Source: an uncultured Pelagibacteraceae bacterium
GTDB lineage: Bacteria; Pseudomonadota; Alphaproteobacteria; Pelagibacterales; Pelagibacteraceae
Length of the DNA stretch: 64,000 nt
NCBI GenBank assembly: GCA_902572945.1
Contig: CACGHU010000001.1
Coordinates: 12,675-76,674, forward strand
Direction: 5' to 3'
Shown here: one piece after another, positions 40,376-49,839 of the stretch
Numbering within the stretch: the stretch's first letter is position 1
How the letters are laid out: every line of letters begins with the position of its first letter
Program-made: the position numbers and the translations under genes
Notes under the pieces: generated by a model
What the model was told of the DNA's origin: nothing
The model's input: the letters and a program-made list of their open reading frames with translations, nothing else
Database searches by the model: none

Positions 40376-40834
40376 TTACTCAACCGTTATAGTTGCAGTT
40401 AAGTTATCAGCAGAATCGTCAGTTGGTGAAGTTGTAAAGTTAATATCACTACCGTCAGCTTCTATTACAACGTTACCTTCTGGTTTAGTTGGTTCGGAGC
40501 TAACAACTGCTGCATCACCTTGGTAAGGATCTTTATCCTGTAGTGGTGAATTGCTACCTGCAAGCATAGATACGAGTTCTGCCGCAGTACTATCGCAATC
40601 TACACTGTCTGCTCCACCAAATACTTCTGAGTCAGAATCTAAATTACATTTAGCAAGTTCCGATGCAACATATTTAACAACGTTTGCGTGAATTGATTTT
40701 GTTGAATTCTTTTTAGCTGCTGCTGTATAACCATTATAAGCAACAACACCTACAGCTGCTAATGCACCAATAATTGCAACAACAACTAGTAATTCGATTA
40801 AGGTAAAACCTTTATTGTTTTTATTTTTTTTCAT
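40376..40834 (-). CDS. pilA: Type IV major pilin candidate
   Basis: KG|FTLIELLVVVAIIG with Glu5; strong GGAGGG RBS; own upstream spacer. Confidence 0.78.
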   Translation of the reverse strand: MKKNKNNKGFTLIELLVVVAIIGALAAVGVVAYNGYTAAAKKNSTKSIHANVVKYVASELAKCNLDSDSEVFGGADSVDCDSTAAELVSMLAGSNSPLQDKDPYQGDAAVVSSEPTKPEGNVVIEADGSDINFTTSPTDDSADNLTATITVE

Positions 40835-41014
40835 AACCCTCCCTTTAGGATCAAAAATTTAATATTTACGTATTTTTATTAATTATAATAATTATGTAAA
40901 GAATGAAGTTAGTTAAAAAACCAAGGAAATAAGACATTTTCTGTTTTTTATGGCCATTTTGACGTAATTTATCAATTTTAATAATTCTTTATTAATGTTA
41001 TCAGTACGTTTTTT

Positions 41015-41314
41015 ATGAGTTACAAAATTACAGAAGAGGGAAATATATCAACTGTATTCCTTAACGGTGAAATTGATATGGATGTAACCGAAAAGGCCAA
41101 AGAAGTTATTTTGCCGTTAGTTGAGGCGGGAAAAGAAGTTCATTTGAATTTAAAAGATGTTTCATACATGGACTCTTCAGGAATTTCAGTACTAATTGAA
41201 AGTCATCAAAAGGCATTAGAGACAAATACAAAAGTAGTAGTTAAAGAGGTAAGTAAATCTGTTTTAAAAGTAATAATGATGGCAAAGTTGGAGCAAATTT
41301 TAAACCTTGAGTAA
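41015..41314 (+). CDS. STAS-domain anti-sigma-factor antagonist (RsbV/SpoIIAA-like)
   Basis: LNGEID and VSYMDSSGISVL phospho-Ser motif. Confidence 0.9.
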   Translation: MSYKITEEGNISTVFLNGEIDMDVTEKAKEVILPLVEAGKEVHLNLKDVSYMDSSGISVLIESHQKALETNTKVVVKEVSKSVLKVIMMAKLEQILNLE

Positions 41315-41727
41315 TGAACCTAACAGAAACAAAAGATTTCATCGTCCACACTAAAAGTTTAAAAGAGGTAAGAGTTTTTTCTAGAGAAGTTTTTGATAAA
41401 TTAAAACTCGATAATGAATTAAAAGATGAATTAGTTTTGGCTATCGCTGAGGCTGCACAAAATATTGTCAAACATGCATACAAAGGCGTTGAAGATACCA
41501 AAGATCATATGCAAATAAAAATATCTTTAAATGACAATCAATTAGAGATTGGTTTTTTTGACAAAGGTAAGCCAGTAGTTGCTGAAAATATTCAACATAG
41601 AAAATTAGACGATATTAAGCCAGGTGGTCTTGGTACATATTTTATAAAACAAATTATGGATGATGCTGTTTTTAAAAAAGATGAACAGCAATGGGTTAAT
41701 CACTTAGTTCTTACAAAAAAGATTTAA
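41314..41727 (+). CDS. RsbW/SpoIIAB-like Ser kinase (anti-sigma factor fold)
   Basis: LAIAEAAQNIVKHAY N-box, DKGKP and GGLGTYFIKQIMD G-boxes; translationally coupled to the STAS gene. Confidence 0.88.
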   Translation: MNLTETKDFIVHTKSLKEVRVFSREVFDKLKLDNELKDELVLAIAEAAQNIVKHAYKGVEDTKDHMQIKISLNDNQLEIGFFDKGKPVVAENIQHRKLDDIKPGGLGTYFIKQIMDDAVFKKDEQQWVNHLVLTKKI

Positions 41728-42962
41728 CCAATTAAAGCACCAACATTAAATATTGGAGAGTACATTGCTATCATTAATCCACCAATCATAAGACCCATGA
41801 AAACGATCATGATAGGTTCAATTAAACTAGACATGTTATCAACTGCTGTATCAAACTCAGCTTCATAATAAACTGCAACTGAATTAAACATTTCATCTAA
41901 TTGACCCGTTTGCTCACCAACAGAAATTAATTGACTGAAGGTTGGTGGAAATAGTGGTTCTTTTAAAAATAATTTTGTTAGTGTATCTCCAGAGAAAACT
42001 CCTTTTTTAACGTTTTCAAGAGCCTCTGTTACTACAACATTTTTACTTACTGATTTTGCAATCTCAATACTTTCTAATAAATTAACTCCTGCTGCACTGA
42101 GATTTCCCATAATTAATGATATCTGAGCTAACAAAGATTTCAGTATTAAATCACCAAATACAGGTAATTTTAAAACTTGTTTGTGCCATCTGTATTTTAT
42201 TGCTTCATTTTTTGTAGTTAAATATTTAAATACAACATATCCACCAATTGCAGAAAAAAGTAAAAGCATTCCGCCCGTACCTCTTAAAAAATTACTCATA
42301 CTCATGATCACAGCAGTAGGCTTTGGAAGTGCTATACCCATACCATCATACATTTCGGCAAAAACTGGGACTACTTTAATTAACATAAAAGCACTAACAG
42401 TCACTGCAACCGTAAACATTATACTTGGATACATTAGTGCACTTTTAATTTTTTTCTTAATTTTTTCTTTTTTTTCTAAGTCATCAACAATTTTCATTAA
42501 AAAAACATCTAATTTACCACTAGCCTCTCCAGCTTTAATTAAGTTAGTATAAACGTTGTCAAAATATTGCGGATATTTTTCAAAACATTTTGAAAGTGTC
42601 ATACCTCCTTCTAAGCTTTTTCTAATATCCTCAACAACTTCCTTTATAGCTGGACCTTCTAATTGATCTCTTAACATTGCTAAAACCTGTAAAATTGGAA
42701 GTCCAGCTTTTACCATGGTTGCAAATTGTTTTGAGAATATTAAAATTTCTTCTACTTTTACCTTTTTTTTACCGAATAAAGAAAATCCTTTACTCTTTGA
42801 TTTTTCTTTTTTTTCTCCTTTTTTCTTCTTGGATTTAATTAGATTAGTTATGATTATTTGTTGTTCTTTAAGCTTAAATGAAGCTTCATCTTGGTTTAAA
42901 GCCTCAATTTCTCCTTCAACATACTTTCCTTGTGAAATACCCTTATATGTATAGGCTTCCAT
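41724..42962 (-). CDS. pilC: Type IV pilus platform protein PilC
   Basis: AGLPI, AGEASGKLD, SALMYP, GEQTGQLD and IEP GspF/PilC motifs. Confidence 0.92.
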   Translation of the reverse strand: MEAYTYKGISQGKYVEGEIEALNQDEASFKLKEQQIIITNLIKSKKKKGEKKEKSKSKGFSLFGKKKVKVEEILIFSKQFATMVKAGLPILQVLAMLRDQLEGPAIKEVVEDIRKSLEGGMTLSKCFEKYPQYFDNVYTNLIKAGEASGKLDVFLMKIVDDLEKKEKIKKKIKSALMYPSIMFTVAVTVSAFMLIKVVPVFAEMYDGMGIALPKPTAVIMSMSNFLRGTGGMLLLFSAIGGYVVFKYLTTKNEAIKYRWHKQVLKLPVFGDLILKSLLAQISLIMGNLSAAGVNLLESIEIAKSVSKNVVVTEALENVKKGVFSGDTLTKLFLKEPLFPPTFSQLISVGEQTGQLDEMFNSVAVYYEAEFDTAVDNMSSLIEPIMIVFMGLMIGGLMIAMYSPIFNVGALIG

Positions 42963-42964
42963 TG

Positions 42965-44713
42965 TTAACTACTTAATACTCTTTCGTATTCTCTAAAATT
43001 AAGATCACCGTTAGCGATCATTCTTCTGCCCATATCTTGCATGGTTTGAAAGCCCTCCTTAATTGCAATCTCTCTAAGTTCTGGAGTAGTAGCTTGTCTT
43101 AATATTGCTTCTTTGATTGGTTTAGATACGACCATAATTTCATAAATTCCCTGTCGTCCTTTATAACCAGTATCTTTGCATTTAGCACAACCTTTTCCTT
43201 TTGTAGCTTTCACTCTTGATGCTTGTTCAGGTGAAAAGCCTAAATCAGTTAATACCTTGGGGGTTACATCTTCATCTGGAACTCTACAATCTTTACAGTT
43301 TCGTCTTGCTAATCTTTGAGCAAGTACCATCTGTGTTGCAGCACTTATTAAATAATCAGGTGTACCCATATTTTGTAATCTAGTGATCGTACTTGGAGCA
43401 TCGTTAGTGTGTAGAGTGCTAAAAACTAAGTGACCTGTTAATGCAGCTTTTAATCCTATATCAACAGTTTCTTTATCTCTCATCTCTCCAACTAAAATTA
43501 TTTCAGGGTCTTGTCGCAAAAATGATCTTAAAGCAGATGCAAACGATAAGCCTATATCATCTTTAATTTGAACTTGACCAACACCATCCAACTCATACTC
43601 AACAGGATCTTCAGCTGTTAAAATATTCAAATGCGGTTTACTTACCTCTTTAAGTATACTGTATAGTGTTGTTGATTTTCCTGAACCAGTAGGCCCTGTA
43701 ACTAAAATTAGTCCTTGCGTACTGTGAATTGCTTTTCTTAAATTTTTAAGATCAACATCCTCAAAATTTAATTGCTCTAGAGTTATGTCTCCAGCGTCTT
43801 TGTTTAAAATACGCATTACAATTCTTTCATTGCTTGCTGTAGGAAGTATAGACAAACGAAGATCAACTACTTTTCCGTCGATCTTAAAGTTTATTGCTCC
43901 ATCTTGAGGTAATCTTCTTTCAGCAATATCCAATTTACCCATTATTTTAAATCGAGTTACAACTGCGCCGTAGTTATCATGTAAAAATTGTTTATACTCT
44001 TCTTGTTCTTGTAACATACCATCTAATCTGTATCTCACTCTAGATGAAAATCTGTATGGCTCTATATGTATATCACTTACTCCCAATTTAATTGCATCAG
44101 CTACAACTGCTGTACTAAATTTAATTACCTCAGATTCATTTTCTATTGCCTCAATATCTTCCTCAGGTTTTTTATCAAGAACCTCGCCTGCTTCTCCTAA
44201 ATCAGAATCAAATGTTTTTGTCTTTTCTTTATTTTCTTTTCTAATTGTTTCTGTAGTTACATCTCCACTCTCACTTTGGAGTTTTTGGATGAATTCTGAG
44301 ATTTGAGATACTTTTGCGGCGTATAATTCTATATTTTTTTTTGTTATAGCTTTTAAATTCCTCATAAGCCCTAATTTAGAACTATCTGAAATTGCTATAT
44401 GGAGATTATTTCCCTCCATTTTAAATGGAGCAACAAAATTTATATTAATATAATTCGACGGCAGAACAGATTTAATATCATCGGTTATCTGAACTTTAGA
44501 GAGATCTACTGTTTCTAAACTTTGTTCTTTTACTAAAACATCTAATATTTTTTTTTCATCACAAAGTTTTAATTCAAAAACAGCATCTATTTGTGATTTA
44601 TTCTTCTCGGTACTTACTTTTTTAATATTTACGAGATCTTTACCTGAAATAATATCATTATCAATTAAGACGTTGATAAGGTTAATTTCACTTTCTCTAC
44701 TTATTTTTAACAT
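42965..44713 (-). CDS. pilB: Type IV pilus extension ATPase PilB
   Basis: SDIHIEP, DIAERRLPQDG, GPTGSGKSTT, LRQDPE, TGHLVFSTLHTND and CxxC...CxxC zinc motif. Confidence 0.92.
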   Translation of the reverse strand: MLKISRESEINLINVLIDNDIISGKDLVNIKKVSTEKNKSQIDAVFELKLCDEKKILDVLVKEQSLETVDLSKVQITDDIKSVLPSNYININFVAPFKMEGNNLHIAISDSSKLGLMRNLKAITKKNIELYAAKVSQISEFIQKLQSESGDVTTETIRKENKEKTKTFDSDLGEAGEVLDKKPEEDIEAIENESEVIKFSTAVVADAIKLGVSDIHIEPYRFSSRVRYRLDGMLQEQEEYKQFLHDNYGAVVTRFKIMGKLDIAERRLPQDGAINFKIDGKVVDLRLSILPTASNERIVMRILNKDAGDITLEQLNFEDVDLKNLRKAIHSTQGLILVTGPTGSGKSTTLYSILKEVSKPHLNILTAEDPVEYELDGVGQVQIKDDIGLSFASALRSFLRQDPEIILVGEMRDKETVDIGLKAALTGHLVFSTLHTNDAPSTITRLQNMGTPDYLISAATQMVLAQRLARRNCKDCRVPDEDVTPKVLTDLGFSPEQASRVKATKGKGCAKCKDTGYKGRQGIYEIMVVSKPIKEAILRQATTPELREIAIKEGFQTMQDMGRRMIANGDLNFREYERVLSS

Positions 44714-44714
44714 T

Positions 44715-46265
44715 TTATAAAACTCTTGGTGCGATAAAAATTAATAGCTCATCCATGCTATCACTTTTCTTTTGTCCTTTAAACAAATTTCCAAGAACTG
44801 GCACATTTCCGAGTCCAGGAACACTATCTTTAGTGTCAAAGACCTCATTTTTTTTAATTCCACCGATAACGACGATATCTCCATCAGCAATAAGAAGCTT
44901 AGTAGTAATCTCCATTTTATCTATACTTGGTTCTCCTGTGAATTTTCTATTAACAGAGTCATTGCTAACTCTTATATCCATTAAAACGTTTCCATCACCA
45001 ATAATACTTGGAGTTACCGATAACTCTAATACTGCAGGTTTGAATGATGTATTTGCACCCTCTGACCCTGTTGCTTGGAATTGAATTTCCTCACCCTGCT
45101 TAATATTTGCAGTTTGATTATCTAAAGTGAATACTTTGGGATTTGATATTGTTTTACCTAAACCAAGAGTTTCTAAAGCTGTTATCTCAGCTTTTAAAAC
45201 TGCGGATCCTGTTCTTTTCAAAATTCCAATTCCACTTGTTGCTCCTGCTGCAATGCCAGAAAAATCTGTTAAAGAGTCAGATGCTCCTCCTAATGCTGCA
45301 CTTGATGTTCCTATTGCGCTGTTAGCAGTTGTGCCACCAGTTATTCCTCCAACAGACTCTTGATTTCTTTGATATGCCCCTCCAAGTCTTGTACCAAGAG
45401 CTCTTTCGAAATCAGAGTCTGCCTCAACAATAAATGCCTCTATTAAAACCTGTTTAGTTCTTACATCAATTTCTTTAATTATTTTATCTACCACATCTAA
45501 ATCTTCGTCTTTACCTCTTACAATAATTGATCTTGTTGTAACTTCTTCTGTTATCTGTATTGGGCTAAAACCTGAGGCTCCCGTCGATGTGAATAATTCG
45601 TTAATTGTTGTTTTTGCTTGAGCTGGAGAGATATAATATAGTCTAAATATTTCAGATACTATCGGTTCAACTGAGTCCTCTAGTTCTACTTTTTTCTTTA
45701 CCGCTGCAGCCCTTGTGGATTTATAGTTTTCTTGTGCAGTTAATGTAGAAGGTGTATGAACTCTAATTAGATTACTAGAAACGTCTATATCAGCTGCATA
45801 ATTTTTCATATCCAATAATGCATTGAATGCTTTATCCCAAGGAACTTGATTTAATTCAGCAGAGATTGAACCTGCAACTTCATCTCCAACTAGGATATTT
45901 ATTCCACCGACTTTACCCATTAATAACATTGCTTCTTTGTAATCTAAGTTTTTAAACTTAAAAGTTACATCTTGTTTTAGTGAGGCAAATTCATCAGGAA
46001 TTAAAAGGTAATTTCTTTTTTGCTGAGAAGATATTTTTTTTCTTTTCTCTAAAAGCTGAGTATCTCCAATAACCGGTTGTGGTCCCATATCAACAGTTTT
46101 TTCAACTTCAATCTTACCAGTTTTTTTTACATCTTCTTTAATTAAAGGTGTATTATGTTTAAACCCTTTCGATTTACCTTTTGACATAGGTCCAGTAGCG
46201 CAACCATTTAAAAAAATAACAGAAAAAATTATTACAAGAAATATTTGTAAATTTTTAGTATTCAC
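44715..46265 (-). CDS. pilQ: Type IV pilus secretin PilQ
   Basis: VPWDKA, QVLIEAFIVEA, ISNPKVFTLDN..A.IKQG and VPGLGNVPVLGNLFK secretin motifs; lipobox-like LNGC. Confidence 0.9.
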   Translation of the reverse strand: MNTKNLQIFLVIIFSVIFLNGCATGPMSKGKSKGFKHNTPLIKEDVKKTGKIEVEKTVDMGPQPVIGDTQLLEKRKKISSQQKRNYLLIPDEFASLKQDVTFKFKNLDYKEAMLLMGKVGGINILVGDEVAGSISAELNQVPWDKAFNALLDMKNYAADIDVSSNLIRVHTPSTLTAQENYKSTRAAAVKKKVELEDSVEPIVSEIFRLYYISPAQAKTTINELFTSTGASGFSPIQITEEVTTRSIIVRGKDEDLDVVDKIIKEIDVRTKQVLIEAFIVEADSDFERALGTRLGGAYQRNQESVGGITGGTTANSAIGTSSAALGGASDSLTDFSGIAAGATSGIGILKRTGSAVLKAEITALETLGLGKTISNPKVFTLDNQTANIKQGEEIQFQATGSEGANTSFKPAVLELSVTPSIIGDGNVLMDIRVSNDSVNRKFTGEPSIDKMEITTKLLIADGDIVVIGGIKKNEVFDTKDSVPGLGNVPVLGNLFKGQKKSDSMDELLIFIAPRVL

Positions 46266-46689
46266 TTTTCTCCTTTATCTCGTTCTTAAAATTCATTATT
46301 AAGTATGCGTCTTCAGTTTGAAAAACTGCTTCCTTTGTTGTTAGGTCTACTAATTTGACTCCATCATTTAGTTCTTCAAACATTTCAACGTTAATATTTT
46401 CACCATCTTGATTTATAAGAGAAACAAAACTTGCACCTTGGGATTTTATTATTCCAACAAGTTTAAAGTTATATAAGTCGATTTTTTTTCTTTCTGAGGT
46501 AATATTATCATCTGTTATTATTGTTACTCCACCTGAAATAGATGAGTCTCCGACAAAAGGATCATTTAACGGCAATGGTTCCTCTGAATTGGTATTATTT
46601 TTAACTATGTCATGATTGTCAGAAATAGCATTCGTGTAGAATGTAATTAGTGCTAGGGATGCTATAACTAATTTTTTAAAAAAATTCAT
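46255..46689 (-). CDS. pilP: PilP-like protein
   Basis: DPF motif and FKLVGII, position between pilO and pilQ. Confidence 0.6.
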   Translation of the reverse strand: MNFFKKLVIASLALITFYTNAISDNHDIVKNNTNSEEPLPLNDPFVGDSSISGGVTIITDDNITSERKKIDLYNFKLVGIIKSQGASFVSLINQDGENINVEMFEELNDGVKLVDLTTKEAVFQTEDAYLIMNFKNEIKEKSEY

Positions 46690-47365
46690 CTGGTAGCCCC
46701 ACTATAGTTAACGTTCCAGTAGCATTTATCGCTCCGGTTGAATCACCTTTTACCACTTTTATTGATTCATTGTCAAAATTCAACATTTTATTAGATAATG
46801 AAAGAGCTCTCTTAAACTTAATATACCCTAAAAAATTGCCTTTAATGGTAAATTTTACAGGTATTTTATAATAGGCGATGCTTTTTTTGATTTGCTCTTG
46901 AGATTGCTTTTTCTTCTTCTTCTTCTTTTTCTTTTTCTTTTTCTTCTTATCTAGAACTTGGGATTTAGAAATTACTACTGGTTTTCCTTTTTCAATGACC
47001 GATATAACCAGTCCATTCACAGTAGCAAATTCACTTAATGCCTGGTACAACCCTTCAACTTCAGATCTTGAGTGAAATAAAGTCGAATAATTTTCATATT
47101 TAGGTTTTATTTTTTTTATTTTAGCTTTTGCTTTTATTGCATCTTGCTCAAATTTAGATGTTTCTGCTTTTTTGGCATTCATATTATCAATTTTCGTCTT
47201 TTTAGCTTCAACAATAGGATTTAATATGGCGTAATAAATAATTAAGAAGACGATAATTGATCCAACACTTATTCCTATCTTAATAAGTGTTTTTTTGTCA
47301 GCAAAAGCTAAAATTTTTGCTTTAATGTCATCCATATTTAAGTTTTTTAAATCATTCAAATCCAT
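46676..47365 (-). CDS. pilO: PilO-like protein with a 14-lysine insert
   Basis: Single TM plus coiled coil, YYKIPVKFTIKGNF PilO motif, operon position. Confidence 0.75.
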   Translation of the reverse strand: MDLNDLKNLNMDDIKAKILAFADKKTLIKIGISVGSIIVFLIIYYAILNPIVEAKKTKIDNMNAKKAETSKFEQDAIKAKAKIKKIKPKYENYSTLFHSRSEVEGLYQALSEFATVNGLVISVIEKGKPVVISKSQVLDKKKKKKKKKKKKKKQSQEQIKKSIAYYKIPVKFTIKGNFLGYIKFKRALSLSNKMLNFDNESIKVVKGDSTGAINATGTLTIVGLPDEFF

Positions 47366-47367
47366 AA

Positions 47368-49818
47368 TTATCCTTTAACTTTCACAAATATTCTAAATCC
47401 TTTCATAGCCTGATCTCCTGCTCTTGACTTAGGTAATTTCATTGAGGACAATGAAGCTTGATTTATTAATCTTTTATTTTCTAAATTTCTTATCAATTGA
47501 AGAATATCATTATCACCTGCGGCAACTCCAGTTAAAGTAACATTGGTTTTGCCATCGTATTCTACTGAATTAAATTTAACTCTATTAGGCACACTTGAAG
47601 CTATTTGAGCTAAGACTCTATAACTAAGTTCTTTATTTGATTTTAGACTGGTACTTAATTTTAAAGTAGTTGTCATTAATTTAAGTTCTTTTTGTAAAGC
47701 TTGTAATTGTTTTTGTTTTACTGAATGTTCCTTGATAACTGCATCGTATACTTTAAGTTCATTGTTGTATTTGAATATATTAAAGAATGCTAAACCAAAT
47801 AAAATTAGATATATACCAGCAACAGCGCCTACAACACCTTTGTATGCAAAATTTGAAAAAGCTTTCATTTTCTTTTGCTTAATCATTCCCTCTCTATTTG
47901 GGAGAAGATTTATATTTTTAACTGCAGTAACGAATTTGTAATAACCAAATACATCTAATTTTCTAAAAGCAAGTCCTACAACGGTTGAAAAATATGATCT
48001 GTTATCTAAACTTATTTTTTCGTTTAATTGTTGTGGAATTTTTAAACCATCGAAAGGGTCAAATAAGTTAAATCCTGTGTTAACCAAACTTTTTCTAAAA
48101 CTTGATAAGTAATCCTCAACATTTGTTAAATTTGAGACTACTTTTATATTTCTAACTCTCTTTTCGTATTTTGTTTCAAAATCTTGTACAGCTTGTTTCA
48201 CTTGAGTCATAAATCTTCTGACTAGAGCATCTTTTTCTTCTTGATCTTTAGATTCTTTAAGAATTTTTCTATCTTGGCCTCGTAAAAAAATGTCTGTAAT
48301 TATTGGGTTATTATTATATAAAATCATCACATAATTTTCGTCTAAACCAAATTCTAATAATACTGTAAAATTTACATCTTCTGTTTTGTTTGATATTTGA
48401 TTTATTTGGTCAACTGCTGACTTTAATGCAAAACATTTTACGTCTATGATGACTGGATTTAATCCACTATTTTTAATTATAGAAGTATAATTATTTATAT
48501 CGGATAGTTTTGATGCAACAAATAAAATATCCATTGTATTGTCTTTTGGACTTCTATTAATTACCTGATGAAATATGGAATAATCATCAAGATTATCTGT
48601 AAGCTGAACTAAATTTTCCCATAAAGAACTTGTATCTATTGCTTTTTTTAATTCTTCATCTGTCATCAATGGTGCTGTGACTACTCTTATAATTGCATTT
48701 GTTACCGGTATTGCAATTGCAGCGTTAGGAGTTGTGATTTTTGATTTTTGTAATGCAATATTTAATTCTTCACTCATCTTTGTTGCATTATCAATTATCG
48801 ATGCATCATCAGGTAAATCAATTGGATGAACATAAAATCTGTCTAAAACCCATTGATTAGCTTTGTTGGATGAAATTTGCGAAAGTCTTATTTCTTTTGT
48901 GGTAAGTTCAACGCCAACAATTTCTTCTCCTTGAACTGTTTTTTTTCCAAGTTTTGATTTTAAAAAATTATTAAATTTTTCTTTTACTTTGCCTGCTCCA
49001 GGTTTGAAATTTAATTTTGCACCATCTTTTTTTCCAAATGATGGTGTTTTTATTTTTATATTTTTTAGTTTTTCAAAAATATTTTTAGGTTTTGCATTTT
49101 CTGTATCATCACTATTCACATTTTCAGAAATGGGTGCAGTAGGTTCAGTTGCTGGTTTAATAATTTCTGGTGTTGTTTTAACTTCCTCTGTTTTTTGCAC
49201 TGTCGGTTCTTGTGTTGGTGCAATTGTATTTTCTGAAGGTGTTTCAATTTTCTCTACTTGCTCAGTTGCAGTTGGTTGTTGCAAGTTTTGTTTTTCTTTT
49301 TCTTTTTGTGCGTGCACATCATCAAACCATTTTTCAAGAATAGGTATTGCCTCTTCTAAGTTTGGAGTACCAGATGATGAAATTTTTTGTTTTCCATCTA
49401 TATATAATCTTCCAACCCAATTTTTTGATTTTAATTCTCCTTTGTACTTGTCTTGTCTTACGTAGATATGAAGTCTTCCATCTTTTTTATGTATAACCTG
49501 ATGTTCTTTTTTTTCCTGATCAAGATTTTGCTCAATATTTTCATTTTTTTGTGCCTCTGCTTGAGTTTCATCTATTTTTTCAACCGTCTCACTAATCGAA
49601 GGAGTTGAGGTAAAGTCACTAGAGGTTGTGTCCTGATCATTTTGTACATTATTATCAACTTTAGGTTGATCTTGGGGAGCAGTGTCCTCATTAATTACAA
49701 CTTTTTGTTGTTCATCATCATTTTTAGTACTGATGTCATCATCTTTAGGTTTTTCACCTTCAGATTGTTTGTTCTTATCTACTATGACACCGAACTTTTC
49801 TTTTTCTTTGTCATCCAT
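47368..49818 (-). CDS. PilM-PilN fusion with ~300-aa N-terminal extension containing an integrase-arm-like domain
   Basis: PilM-like from about residue 300 (IVGVELTTKEIRL, AAIAIP, GLNPVIIDV, VGLAFR); PilN-like from about residue 636 (INLLP, TM helix, coiled coil, IASSVP, LTGVA). Confidence 0.85.
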   Translation of the reverse strand: MDDKEKEKFGVIVDKNKQSEGEKPKDDDISTKNDDEQQKVVINEDTAPQDQPKVDNNVQNDQDTTSSDFTSTPSISETVEKIDETQAEAQKNENIEQNLDQEKKEHQVIHKKDGRLHIYVRQDKYKGELKSKNWVGRLYIDGKQKISSSGTPNLEEAIPILEKWFDDVHAQKEKEKQNLQQPTATEQVEKIETPSENTIAPTQEPTVQKTEEVKTTPEIIKPATEPTAPISENVNSDDTENAKPKNIFEKLKNIKIKTPSFGKKDGAKLNFKPGAGKVKEKFNNFLKSKLGKKTVQGEEIVGVELTTKEIRLSQISSNKANQWVLDRFYVHPIDLPDDASIIDNATKMSEELNIALQKSKITTPNAAIAIPVTNAIIRVVTAPLMTDEELKKAIDTSSLWENLVQLTDNLDDYSIFHQVINRSPKDNTMDILFVASKLSDINNYTSIIKNSGLNPVIIDVKCFALKSAVDQINQISNKTEDVNFTVLLEFGLDENYVMILYNNNPIITDIFLRGQDRKILKESKDQEEKDALVRRFMTQVKQAVQDFETKYEKRVRNIKVVSNLTNVEDYLSSFRKSLVNTGFNLFDPFDGLKIPQQLNEKISLDNRSYFSTVVGLAFRKLDVFGYYKFVTAVKNINLLPNREGMIKQKKMKAFSNFAYKGVVGAVAGIYLILFGLAFFNIFKYNNELKVYDAVIKEHSVKQKQLQALQKELKLMTTTLKLSTSLKSNKELSYRVLAQIASSVPNRVKFNSVEYDGKTNVTLTGVAAGDNDILQLIRNLENKRLINQASLSSMKLPKSRAGDQAMKGFRIFVKVKG

Positions 49819-49839
49819 ATTTTACAAAATAATTTTTTT

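Noticed and set aside
41724-46265. Type II secretion system interpretation
   Set aside because: Presence of PilT, PilM/N/O/P, PilY1 and PilV/W/X-type pilins identifies a type IVa pilus instead.
49315-49503. An intact integrase or prophage at this site
   Set aside because: No tyrosine-recombinase catalytic domain, phage genes or tRNA target in the window; only the small arm-like segment in frame with PilM.
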